Of a stretch of DNA of 64,000 nucleotides, positions 13,743-44,861 are shown piece after piece (the stretch's first letter is position 1; every line of letters starts with the position of its first letter). This DNA is from the human T2T-CHM13v2.0 reference genome, Homo sapiens. The position numbers were made by a program, and so were the translations under genes. The notes under the pieces were generated by a model. It was not told where the DNA came from, searched no databases, and saw only the letters and a list, made by a program, of their open reading frames with translations. The stretch lies in the NCBI RefSeq assembly GCF_009914755.1, contig NC_060936.1; one strand, 5' to 3'.

Positions 13743-14968
13743 TTAAGAGTGAGAGAGGAGAAATGTGAAGAGGAAGCTGGCCTGGAGTGCAGGGTGAGAG
13801 AGAGCAGGCAGTCCTGAAAAAGAGAGAACTGGGAAGAGAGGAGGAGAGTGGGTACAGAAGACTCGAACTGTGGAGGATGCCGAAGGGAGGAAAGGATGAG
13901 AGAAAAGGTCAGGGAGGGGAAACGGAGAGGATGAAGGGGTCACAGGTGCAGGGGAAGAAGGGGCAGGAGGAGAAGGAGAGAGCGGTCCAGGCAGGACAGC
14001 CAGAGGAGTGGAGAGTAAGGGGATGGGAGAAAAGGGGGGAAAGCCCAGGATGGGGAGAAAGGAAGTGGGGAAGGAGAGAACATAAATGCTTAAGGAAAAA
14101 TGACACGAGGAACGGGCTGGGAAGCAGAGGCGGGAGCAGCAAAGATGGAGGAGTTCGGAATTGCTCCCCCAAATGTAAAGGGATGTGGAGATACCGAAAG
14201 ACATAGGGATGGGGGCATGGTGGGAAGAAGGGAGAGAGAGGGGAAAGGAAGAAAGCTAGAGGGAGGGAGCGAGGCGTGTAGAGCGAACCAGTGAAGCGGA
14301 GAAGGGCTCCCAGGGCGCATCTGTGGCCAGCTGACTCTAGGACTATCGCCCCTCCGCCTGTGCATCCCCACCCCCAGCCAGCGCCAACCCAGTCCCTGGG
14401 CCCCGCACAGCTTCAGCCGCCCCCTCCAGGAAGCCCGCAGTCCCCGGGCTGGCGCGCCACCCCCACCCCTCTCCCAGCTTCTCACCGACCTGTTGTGCGC
14501 AGGAGACGAGCTGGGGGTGGGGCAGGAGCCTCGGGGTGCGGGAGCCGGGCCCCAGCCCCAGCGTGGCCCCCATCCCACCCATCCCGCAGGCCCGCACTCC
14601 CCGCACAGGGCTGGAGAGCGGCGAGAGTGGGGGGAGACGAGGAAAAGGAGGTCGGCGAAGGGACCCCGAGGCAGGGAGTGCCGAGAGCGGACTGGGGACC
14701 CGAAGCAGGAGACTGCGCGGAGCCGCCCGCCGAGCCGAGGCGGGATGGAGGCAGCCGCGGGGACGGGGACGGCTGCGCCAGGGAGGGCGGGAGCGAGCCA
14801 GGACCGCGGAGGGATGGAGAGCCCTTCGGGGAAGGGGCGCTGGGAGGCTGGAGGCCTTGTCCCGGGCGAGGGACCGCGTCGGGAGGGGCAGGAGGCGCAG
14901 GGCGCGGAGCCGGGAAGGGCAGGGCCGGGCTCCCCGCGGGTGGGGGCGTGGGGGTCCCTCTCACTCAC

Positions 14969-15058
14969 CTGCATGCTTGGCGCGGCGGCGCGACGACTGC
15001 GGGCGCTCGGGACTGAGCGGGGCTGGGGGGTCGCAGGAGCGGGCGGGGTGCGGGGCAT
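14969..15058 (-). other. PIANP exon-1 uORF (30 aa; stop codon supplied by 12459-12457 after splicing)
   Basis: CACCATGC start and 90 nt open to the CAG|GTGAGT donor. The next exon begins with TAA. Confidence 0.55.
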
Positions 15059-15142
15059 GGTGGGGAGGTTTGGCCCGCGGCAGGCCGCTGGAGCGGGTGG
15101 GGGGCGGGCGCCTGGGGCGCGGGGCGGCGGCGGTGGGAGATG

Positions 15143-15187
15143 CTCGCCTCGGCTCGGCTCGGCTCGGCTCGGCTGGGCTCGGCGCGG
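15143..15187. repeat. (CTCGG)n pentanucleotide repeat near the PIANP TSS
   Basis: Five perfect units at 15148-15172 plus degenerate flanking units. Confidence 0.9.
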
Positions 15188-15759
15188 CGGCTGGGACCGC
15201 TCCGTCTCCGTCTCCGCCTCCCCCCCGCGCCGGAGGCCACGCACGGTTTAACCCTCCTGCTGCCGCGCTGCAGGAGTCAAGCCAGGCTATGTCCCAGGTG
15301 GAGGGCTGAAGAGGCTGGCAGGGTCCAGCGACCGTCCGCTTCCCTGGGTTCTGATGGCAGTCTCCCCACCTCCTTCACCCCAACTCCAGGGACACCCATG
15401 GTCGCCTCAGTCAGTTTCTGAGATTCTGAGTCACTCAATGCTCTGCATTCCCAACTTTGTTCTTTTGTATTGTGTTTTGTAGAGATGAGGTCTCGCTGTG
15501 TTGCCCAGCCCGGTCTCGAACGCCTGGGCTCAAGCGATCCTTCCCGCTCAGCTTCCCGGAGTGCTGGGATTACAGGCGTGAGTCACCACTGCCTGTCCCC
15601 CAACTTGGTTTTGCCCGCTGTAGAAAGTGCCTGAGGTCAAGGCTGGGGGCAAGGGGTGGAGGAAAGGACTGGGGAGGAAGGACCTTGCACCATCTTTGGA
15701 TTATCCCCACAGCTTGATCCCCTATTTCACTCTGGCCCTGCTACCATGCATTAAGTGGA

Positions 15760-16950
15760 TCACGTCGAAATTCCTGGGCTTTTCCAGCACTGGAATACCT
15801 AGACTCCGTGCTGTGACTTACAAGACCCTATATAACCTGGCTCTTAGGTGGCTCTCTGATTGCCTTTCCTAAAGATTTCTATGCTTCAGCCACATGGGAC
15901 CTGGTGGATTTCCTGGTTGGAGACAGGTTTAACCTGCCTCAGGGCCTTTGCACTTGCTGTTCCCTCAGTAATACATTTCCCTGGCTTTTCACAATGACTT
16001 ACTGTTTTCATTCCAGTCTCACTTAGATCCAACGCCTTCTGGGAGGCCTTCCCTAATGTCTCTATCAAAAGTAGCCTCTCCTGCCCCTTCTCCCACCACC
16101 TGGATCCCATCCCTCTCTACCACACTACGCTGTTTTTCCTCAGGGCACTTCCAGGACACCACACTCTCCTCATTTCCCTCCAACCTCACTGACTGTTCTT
16201 AGTCTTCCTCGGGTGACCTCTAAATGTTGGAGCCTCCTAGGGCTTAGTCCTTGGCCATTCTCTCTTTCCACATTCTCTGTCCAGTGATCTCATCCGGTCC
16301 CAGGGCTTAAATACTATGTAAATGTCAGTGAGTCCTAAATTTATATCCAGAGCGCCAGACTCATTTATCCGACAGCCTACTTGACATCTCCACTTGGATG
16401 TCTAATAGCCATGCAAAGCTAACTTGACTAAAATAGATGTCTTGAATTCCCCCACCCCCAATCCATTTTTCTCCCAGTGATCCCCATCCTGAGGCTTCAC
16501 AACTACTAGTTGTTCAGGCTAAAAATCTAGGAAACATCCCTCCCTTCCCCTTTTTTTCACTGATTCTCTCCCTGTATCTAATTCACCAACAAGTCCTGTG
16601 GGCTCTGCGTCCAAAATATATCCCGAATTCATCTCCTTCTATCTTTATTGCTATAGTCTTGGTCTAAGCCATCATGTCTCATCCAGATTATCATAATAGC
16701 TTCCTCACTGGTCCCTGCTTCTGCCCTTGTCTTTACAAACTAGTTTTTCCTATATTGATAATATTTTAAAAATCAAAAGCATGTCATGCTCTTCTCTGCT
16801 TAAAATATTCGAGTGGTTTTTCATTACACTTGGAATAAATCTGAACTCCTTGTAAGGAGAAGCCCACCAGCCTGTACCCACCTCATACACAGTGCTCCTG
16901 CTGGATCAGACTACTTGCTGTTCTGTAACATCAGAAGTCATTCTCTTAGC
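15760..16950. mobile_element. Old L2 fragments
   Basis: L2-like phrases such as ctacttgacatctccacttggatgtctaatag and cctcagggcctttgcacttgctgttccc. Confidence 0.6.
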
Positions 16951-16959
16951 ATCCCTGCA

Positions 16960-22430
<5,471 letters not shown>

Positions 22431-22440
22431 AAAACTACTA

Positions 22441-23906
22441 CTGCTAACTTTGGCAACACATATAAGAACATTGGAATTGAGAGGTGACAGCGTGCTGGCA
22501 GTCCTCAGAGCCCTCGCTTGCTCTTGGCACCTCCTCTGCCTGGGCTCCCACTTTGGCGGCATTTGAGGAGCCCTTCAGCCCACCACTGCACTGTGGGAGC
22601 CCCTTTCTGGGCTGGCCAAGGCTGGAGCCCACTCCCTCAGCTTGCAGGGAGGTGTGGAGGGAGAGGCATGAGCGAGCGGGAACCGGGGCTGCGTGGGGCG
22701 CTTGCGGGCCAGCTGGAGTTCCGGGTGGCCGTGGGCTTGGTGGGCCCCGCACTCGGAGCAATGAGGGACTTAGCACCCGGGCCAGCAGCTGCGGAGGGTG
22801 TACTGGGTCCCCCAGCAGTGCCGGCCCACTGGCGGTGCGCTCAATTTCTCACGGAGCCTTAGCTGCCTTCCTGCGGGGCAGGGCTCGGGACCTGCAGCCC
22901 GCCATGCCTGAGCCTCCCACCCACTCCGTGGGTTCCTGTGCAGCCCGAGCCTCCCCAATGAGCGCCGCCCCCTGCTCCATGGCGCCCAGTCCCATCGACC
23001 ACTCAAGGGCTGAGGAGTGGGCGCAGGGCACTGGGACTGGCAGGCAGCTCCACCTGCAGCCCCAGCGTGGGATCCTCTAGGTGAAGCCAGCTGGGCTCCT
23101 GAGTCTGGTGGGGACGTGGAGAGTCTTTATGTGTAGCTCAGGGATTGTAAACACACCAATCAGCACCCTGTGTTTAGCTCAAGGTTTGTGAGTGCACCAA
23201 TCGACACTGTATCTAGCTGCTCTGGTGGGGCCTTGGAGAACCTTTGTGTCCATATTCTGTATCTAACTAATCTGATGGGGACGTGGAGAACCTTTGTATC
23301 TAGCTCAGGGATTGTAAATGCACCAATCAGCACCCTGTCAAAACAGGCCACTGGGCTCTACCAATCAGCAGGATGTGGGTGGGGCTGGATAAGAGAATAA
23401 AAGCAGGCTGCCTGAGCCAGCATTGGCAACACGCTCTGGTCTCCTTTGACATTGTGGAGGCTTTGTTCTTTCACTCTGCAATAAATCTTGCTGCTGCTCA
23501 GTTTTTGGGTGCGCGTTGCTCTTATGAGCTGTAACACGCACTGCGAAGATCTGCAGCTTCTCTCCTGAGCCCCGCCAGACCATGAGCCCACCGTGAGGAA
23601 CGAACAACTCCAGACGCACTGCGTTAAGAGCTGTAACACTCACCGTGAAGGTCTGTAGCTTCACTTCTGAGCCAACGAGACCACGAACCCACGGGAAGGA
23701 AGAAACTCTGAACACATCTGAACATCGGGAGGCACAGACTCCAGACGCACCACCTTAAGAGCTGTAACACTCACCGCCAGGGTCCACGGCTTCATTCTTG
23801 AAGTCAGTGAGACCAAGAACCCACCAATTCCAGACACAGAATGACACAGATTAGCATGGCCCCTCCACAAGGAGGACACGCACCTTCATGAAGCATTCCA
23901 TTTTTT
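22441..23906 (+). pseudogene. U6 snRNA pseudogene, split into 22441-22477 and 23843-23906 by LTR12C
   Basis: ctgctaactttggcaacacatataagaacattggaat resembles the U6 5' end. gattagcatggcccctccacaaggaggacacgcaccttcatgaagcattccatttttt resembles the U6 3' end. The ACAGAGA box is disrupted. Confidence 0.85.
22478..23838 (+). mobile_element. LTR12C-type (ERV9) solo LTR
   Basis: Starts tgagaggtgacagcgtgctggcag and ends cccaccaattccagacaca. 4-bp TSD gaat. CCAAT repeats, GATA site and AATAAA-type TATA at 23396. Confidence 0.92.
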
Positions 23907-23908
23907 CA

Positions 23909-30207
<6,299 letters not shown>

Positions 30208-31652
30208 TGAGAGGGGACAGCGTGCTGGCAGTCCTCAGAGCCTTCGCTTGATCTCGGCACCTCCCCTGCCTGGGCTCCCACTTTGGTGGCATTTGAGGAG
30301 CCCTTCAGCCCCCCCACTGCACTGTGGGAGCCCCTTTCTGGGCTGGCCAAGGCTGGAGCCCACTCCCTCAGCTTGCAGGGAGGTGTGGAGGGAGAGGCAT
30401 GAGCGGGAACCGGGGCTGCGTGGGGCGCTTGCGGGCCAGCTGGAGTTCCGGGTGGGTGTGGGCTTGGTGCGCCCTGCACTCGGAGGAGCCGGCCAGCCCT
30501 GCCAGCCCCGGGCAATGGGGGACTTAGCACCCGGGCCAGTGGCTGCGGAGGGTGTACTGAGTCCCCCAGCAGTGCCAGCCCACCGGCGCTGCGCTCGATT
30601 TCTCGCCGGGCCTTAGCTGCCTTCCCGCGGGGCAGGGCTCGGGACCTGCAGCCCGCCATGCCTGAGCCTCCCACCCCCTCCATGGGCTCCTGTGCAGCCC
30701 GAGCCTCCCCGACGAGCGCCGCCCCCTGTCCACGGCGCCCAGTCCCATCGACCACCCAAGGGCTGAGGAATGCGAGCGCACAGCGCGGGACTGGCAGGCA
30801 GCTCCACCTGCAGTCTCGGTGCGGGATCCACTAGGTGAAGCCAGCTGGGCTCCTGAGTCTGGTGGGGACGTGGAGAGTCTTTATATCTAGCTCAGGGATT
30901 GTAAATACACCAATCAGCACCCTGTGTTTAGCTCAAGGTTTGTGAATGCACCAATCGACACTCTGTATCTAGCTGCTCTGGTGAGGACGTGAAGAACTTT
31001 TATGTCTAGCTCAGGGATTGTAAATACACCAATCGGCACTCTATCTAGCTCAAGGTTTGTAAACACACCAATCAGCACCCTGTGTTTAACTCAAGGTTTG
31101 TGAATGCACCAATCAACACTCTGTATCTAGCTGCTCTGGTGGGGCCTTGGAGAACCTGTGTGTGGAAACTCTGTATCTAACTAATCTGATGGGGACGTGG
31201 AGAACCTTTGTATCTAGCTCAGGGATTGTAAACGCACCAATCAGCGCCCTGACAAAACAGGCCACTCGGCTCTACCAATCAGCAGGATGTGGGTGGGGCC
31301 AGATAAGAGAATAAAAGCAGGCTGCCCCAGCCAGCATTAGTAACCTGCTCTAGTCTCCTTACACGGTGGGGAATCTTTGTTTTTTTACTTTTTGCGATAA
31401 ATCTTGCTATTGCTCACTTTTTGAGTCCATGGTGCTTTTATGAGCTGGAATACTCTCCGGGAAGATCTGCAGCTTCGTTCCTGAGCCAGCGAGACCATGA
31501 ACCCACCAGAAGGAAAAAACTCCAAAGGCATCTGAACATCAGAAGGGACAGACTCCAGAGACACCACCTTAAGAGCTATAACACTCACCACGAGGGTCTG
31601 CTACTTTACTCTTGAAGTCAGTGAGACCAAGAACCCACCAATTCTGGACACA
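30208..31652 (+). mobile_element. LTR12C-type (ERV9) solo LTR inserted in an antisense Alu
   Basis: tgagaggggacagcgtg...attctggacaca; 4-bp TSD ccac; 7 CCAAT repeats; AGATAA at 31301 and AATAAA at 31310. Confidence 0.92.
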
Positions 31653-37193
<5,541 letters not shown>

Positions 37194-38259
37194 TCACTTT
37201 TGTTTCACCTTTTCCATTCATTTCTTCTTCTCCTCTTCCTCCTTTCTCTTTCCTTTCTGTGTTTCTGCTTATTTTCTATCACAAACCAAAATATGCGGAC
37301 CATAAACTGCATCTGCAGTTCCTTTAGCCCTAACAGACTACGAGTCCTATTTCTCTTTATCTTTCTCTTTTTCACTTTCTTGTCTTTCCATTACTTACAA
37401 GTTTCTTAATTTTCCTGAGTTCAGTTTTTCCATCTGGAAAGTGGAGATAACAATTACTAGATCGTTGTATCAGATGAATTAAGTAATGCTCATGGCTTAA
37501 CACAAAGGCCAAGATGTCATTAACTTTACCCTCACTTGACCTTCTGCAAGCCTGTTGTGAAATATAAAACACTATAGAAATGTTAGTTGTTTTTGTTTTT
37601 ATTAAAGTATCATATTGAAGTAGAAAGATGGTTTTGAGTTTGAAAAGCTCCAGATAAATCCTTGGATTTTTATGAGCCTCAATTTCCTTTTCTGTAAAAT
37701 GAGAACCACATAGGGTTTTTTCCTCCCCAAGAAATTAAGAGTCCATGTACTGAAAGCATCATTCTACAAGTATTAATACATATGTAGTAATCATGGTAGA
37801 GGGTGTCCTGAAGTCACAGGGGAATATTTGTGAGGATTCAACGGAATAAAATTTTAAAAGATGTCTGACCAATAGTAAGCACTCAATACATGTTAGCTTT
37901 ATTCTCTCTTTTATTTTTCTCGCTTCTTTTCTCCTGCTCTTCAAAAAAGTGAGTGGTTGAACCACCTAGGTGATCTCTGCTGCTAAACTTCTATTATTGA
38001 TTTTTGTTTGCTTCCTCTCTGCCCCTTGTTTCCTCATCCCGTTTTTTTCCCTCTTCTTCACTCCTTCCGTTACAGCTTTTCTCTTGCCTCAGGTACCCAG
38101 TGCAGTCCTGATCTCCAGCTCTCCAGCGGCTTAGAACAGACACAGAATGGGCCGGGACCAGGGACCCACCAGAGACGTCTGTAGTTAATAGCTGGCGCTC
38201 TTCCACTAATAAAGTTTTATTGAAATAAAGCATTTAAAAAGGCGCCCGTCATTCTTCCC

Positions 38260-38760
38260 CCAGCGACCAATCGAAGAGTAGAATGCCTGCGTCCCTCACT
38301 GGAGCTTCAGCGGTCGGAACGCGGGGGTGGGGCATGTCCTGCCGAAATTTGCGTCCTTAGAGCGGAAGTACGGCCGGAAGCCCGCCATAGAGTTTAGTGG
38401 CCAGAGCGACTCTTCAGGGAGGTGGCAGGAAAGGCTTGGAACAGCTGCCGGAGGTGACGGAGCGGCGGCCCCGCCCGGTGCGCTGGAGGTCGAAGCTTCC
38501 AGGTAGCGGCCCGCAGAGCCTGACCCAGGGTACGACGAAGCAGTCGGCGGGAGCCCACGGTCGCTGGGCGGTGTCTTTAAGGGAGGGGGCGGAGCCACGT
38601 GTAAGCTTCAATGGGGGTGAGGTCACGTGGTTGTGGGCGCGTGCGGGGCAGCAATGGAGAGCTGAGGGAGCGTCGTCAGGGTGGACACCATGCGACACCC
38701 ATTTCTCCTTTGCATCCTGTGTCTTGGGGTTCAATGGGGTGCACGTGATGGGGCTTGGGG
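38260..38760 (+). promoter_or_regulatory. COPS7A: COPS7A CpG-island promoter and first exon(s)
   Basis: CCAAT at 38267; ETS motifs at 38363 and 38374; YY1-like CGCCAT near 38383; donors after 38502 and 38529; CACGTG at 38596, 38624 and 38742. Confidence 0.8.
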
Positions 38761-39006
38761 TTAGGCCCAGGGGAGGGGGTGGGTGTGGCAGCCTTGCGAA
38801 GTGGCTGACTTTAGGATTCCTAGATCAGAATTTTAGACCGCTCCATGTCTGATTCCTCACCGCAGAACCGACTTAGTGCCTTTACAATCCAGTCCCTCAG
38901 CCTTGTGCTTCCCATCCGACCAGCCATCGGGGACCTCTAGCTTCACATCCTCTTTCCTTGCAGCTCTGGACATCCTGAGCCCAAGTCCCCCACACTCAGT
39001 GCAGTG

Positions 39007-39168
39007 ATGAGTGCGGAAGTGAAGGTGACAGGGCAGAACCAGGAGCAATTTCTGCTCCTAGCCAAGTCGGCCAAGGGGGCAGCGCTGGCCACACTCATCC
39101 ATCAGGTGCTGGAGGCCCCTGGTGTCTACGTGTTTGGAGAACTGCTGGACATGCCCAATGTTAGAGAG
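39007..39168 (+). CDS. COPS7A: COP9 signalosome subunit 7a, first coding exon (exon starts 38964)
   Basis: [20 protein letters not shown]...MPNVRE; ttgcag acceptor and gtgggt donor. Confidence 0.96.
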
Positions 39169-39492
39169 GTGGGTTGCTGGCTTGAATAGCCCTCAGAGAA
39201 GCGTGGGCAAAGGTTTGAATTTGAGAATGGGTGGGCAGGGCTCATTTTGTGATCCAATAACCATTCAGTTGAACAAGAAAACAGTGATAATTAAATGCCA
39301 ACTTGCAGAAGTAACCAGTGAACAAGCAAACCAGCTCTCCTTTGGAGATAAGGGATCTGTAAAGCCCACTATTTTTCATTTTAAGCAAAAGAGCATCCTA
39401 TTCAGAATAGGAAACCTGATTTCCAGCCGGTCTCCACCAGTGTAGTAGCTGTTAATTCTCATGTCACCTTGATCAGGTCACTTTTGTTTTAG

Positions 39493-41905
<2,413 letters not shown>

Positions 41906-42279
41906 CTAGACATATTCCAATTTAGAAACATCAAACACTCTGAGGGCAGGCAACACAATTTGCAGTGTCTGGTGTGTATGTCTGTTTGACTCTGAAAACT
42001 GAATGTCTTCAACTCTGAATTTAGGGTAGGAATTGGATGGCGTATGGAGCAAGAGGGCATTGTGGTTTGGGAGAATAGTGTAAACAAAAGCCTGAAGGTG
42101 TAAATGAGCCCTTCCTATGTGAAGAGTGATCAGAGAGGCAGAGAACTCCTTTTGGTGAGCCAGGAGAGTTAACATTGGCCGGGAAAGATGGGGCCAAAAA
42201 GTGGAGTTCCAAACAGGGTAAGGCTGGGAGGGTGGAGAGGGAAGACTTCCCGTCACCTCCTTTTTCCTCATTCTCGCAG

Positions 42280-42355
42280 CTGGCTGAGAGTGACTTTGCC
42301 TCTACCTTCCGGCTGCTCACAGTGTTTGCTTATGGGACATACGCTGACTACTTAG
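42280..42355 (+). CDS. COPS7A: COPS7A coding exon 2
   Basis: [25 protein letters not shown]; 76 nt; canonical splice sites. Confidence 0.96.
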
Positions 42356-42576
42356 GTAACCAGAGGGGTTGGTGCTCTGGAGTAATGGAGATGGGAGAAG
42401 GGCAATTTCTGGAGGGACTCAGAAGAAATTCCTGGGATATCCCACTTAGATCCCTGGATGCATAGGGTCAGGGTCAAGACCTGAATTGGCATTGAAAGTG
42501 GGAGGGAAGGGAAGGAGGCTAGGGCTTCCCAGAAAACTGAAATCAGGATTCCTTACACTTTGTCGTTTTTCCCTAG

Positions 42577-42665
42577 CTGAAGCCCGGAATCTTCCTCCAC
42601 TAACAGAGGCTCAGAAGAATAAGCTTCGACACCTCTCAGTTGTCACCCTGGCTGCTAAAGTAAAG
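42577..42665 (+). CDS. COPS7A: COPS7A coding exon 3
   Basis: [30 protein letters not shown]; 89 nt. Confidence 0.96.
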
Positions 42666-43600
42666 GTGAGTGGCAGTCCCCCAGTCCTACGGTCTAGAGC
42701 ATCCTTTTGTATGTCCTTGGGAGTCCACACTAGGACAGCCCTTGTCTAGACCGTGGCTGCTTCCTGCCCTCCCCTCCTCCAAGGTCTGTATATAAACTCC
42801 ATTAGCAACTGTTTAGGCTGATAGTATTCTCAGTTTTCTGTGTTGTTTTTATTTTTTAATCAACTTAAGTTCTAAATAAACATCTTCTGTGGTTTTGGTC
42901 AAAATAGCAACTAGGATGTTGTTCAGGTGTCGTTCAACAATACCTTCTTCCCCACTGCTGGAAACAGGGCTCTCCTGATGAAGTGCTAGGCTTCTCTTTG
43001 TTAGGATAAAACATATATATTCTAGAAGTATCTCTGTATTCCTGTTAGGCTGTTTTTTGTCTAATATCACCACCCACCTCCCCAGCCTGCCCAGTCTGCA
43101 ACCTCGCAATAGTTACTTGACTCTCAGTTGTCCTTGGGATTTAATTTAAACCAGGCTCTCTATTGAGAGATACCTCCAAAGGAATGCCCGTTGCAGGTAG
43201 GCAGAGTATAAATGATAAACAGTAACTCCACACCTCTCCCACTTCTGCTTACTCCCCTGTATCAAGCTGATCTTGACTAAGGACTGGGTGATACCCTGAG
43301 CTGTGGCTAAAGGAGTGACACCCAGGCAGATGTCATTTTCTCCCTCTGTGGTGTGTCAGGGGTGAGGGTGTTAGGGGAGCATTTTGTATTTTATTTAAGA
43401 TTGTCCTTCTAATGATGCTGTTTTTGAAGTGGGAATACTTTTATTTATTTTGCTTTAGAACCAGCCTCTTAGAGGAAGTGATTTAGGAATGGGAGTGGAG
43501 GGCAGGTGGGCTAGGGCAGGGGGAAAAGGAGGGAAGATTTTTGGAAGCCCTTCTCTACTACGGAGCGTCACAAATCCTGGCCTGATCTCCGCGGCCCCAG

Positions 43601-43803
43601 TGTATCCCATATGCAGTGTTGCTGGAGGCTCTTGCCCTGCGTAATGTGCGGCAGCTGGAAGACCTTGTGATTGAGGCTGTGTATGCTGACGTGCTTCGTG
43701 GCTCCCTGGACCAGCGCAACCAGCGGCTCGAGGTTGACTACAGCATCGGGCGGGACATCCAGCGCCAGGACCTCAGTGCCATTGCCCGAACCCTGCAGGA
43801 ATG
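43601..43803 (+). CDS. COPS7A: COPS7A coding exon 4 (PCI winged helix)
   Basis: [11 protein letters not shown]...[12 protein letters not shown]...LQEW; 203 nt. Confidence 0.96.
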
Positions 43804-44755
43804 GTGAGAACCGTATCCTGGCACTGTCCCCTTCTCACCCTGAGAAAGAGAAAGGCGCTTCAGGGTGAGAGAGGGCAGGAGCTGGGCTGGTCCGCAGAGG
43901 TGGAACCCAAGAGGATGAAGGGAAATGAGTTCATCCCTCCAAAGGCTTCTGGGGAATGCAGGAGTAGGGGAGGCCCTGGGAGGCGGCAGAAGTCAGTGTC
44001 CTTGATATAGTAGTTGGGGGAGGAAAAGGGAGTGGTATACTTAAGGGGATCCTAACCAGCAAGGTCGGTCGCCTGTCTTAGGCTAGACTCCGTCGATTGA
44101 TCTGTAACTACCATTATCCACAGGCCATGACCCTTTTCCTCTTTTTTATTTTCTTTGTGTCCCCATCTAACTTCAGGGTTTCTGTATTCATTAAGTCACC
44201 TCTTTTTCTCTTTGGCATCTCCTACCCTATTTTGTTTTCAGTTCCTACTCCCATCTTGCTCATCACTCCAGGCGCTTCCTTATCCCTCTCTGACCACACC
44301 GAGTGTCCATCCCACTGCTAGGAGTGTTATCACAGGTGGTTTCTAGGTGCCCTGGTGAGGGTTCCCAACTCAGACTCAAAATGCCAGAAGCTGTGTTCTG
44401 GCTCTCTTGCTCAGTTTGGAGTGCAGTGGCACCATCTTGACTCACTGCAGCCTCCAACTTCCAGGGCTCAAGCCACCCTCCACCTCAGTCTCTTGAGTAG
44501 CACGGGACTACAGGCTCGTGTCACCACATCCAGCTAGTTTTTGTATTTTTTGTAGAGACGGATTTTTGCCATATCGCTCAGGCTGGTCTTGAACTCCTGA
44601 GCTTAAGCAATTCGCCCATCTTGGCCTCCCAAAATGCAGGAATTATGGGGGTGAGCTACTGCGCCCTGCCTCTAGGGTTCTTTTTGAGTCAGTTTTCTGT
44701 GAGTCTGTGATCGCAGCCCTTGTCTGCTGACACTTCTCTCCCCTGACTCCTGCAG

Positions 44756-44861
44756 GTGTGTGGGCTGTGAGGTCGTGCTGTCAGGCATTGAGGAGCAGGT
44801 GAGCCGTGCCAACCAACACAAGGAGCAGCAGCTGGGCCTGAAGCAGCAGATTGAGAGTGAG
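44756..44861 (+). CDS. COPS7A: COPS7A coding exon 5 (C-terminal helix)
   Basis: [15 protein letters not shown]...QIESE; 106 nt. Confidence 0.96.

Larger units (their letters stand above)
14380..15340 (-). promoter_or_regulatory. PIANP: PIANP CpG island, promoter and first exon (donor at 14968)
   Basis: CpG- and G-run-rich; strong minus-strand donor CAG|GTGAGT. Confidence 0.8.

Noticed and set aside
14090-15309. Long overlapping ORFs (384, 257, 252 and 241 aa) at PIANP, and similar ones at 3199-4121
   Set aside because: Stop-poor GC-rich CpG islands open in several frames with low-complexity products. Only the exon-1 uORF portion is retained.
22444-23080. Similar ORFs at 22.5 kb and 30.2 kb suggesting a duplicated gene
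   Set aside because: Both are the GC-rich U3 region of LTR12C; different TSDs show independent insertions.
23130-23830. Regularly spaced repeats with a CRISPR-like look (also 30880-31280)
   Set aside because: Internal tandem repeats of ERV9 LTRs; eukaryotic DNA, no unique spacers and no cas genes.
43155-43196. Possible 42-nt stop-containing cassette exon in COPS7A
   Set aside because: The acceptor has a poor polypyrimidine tract; too weak without read evidence.
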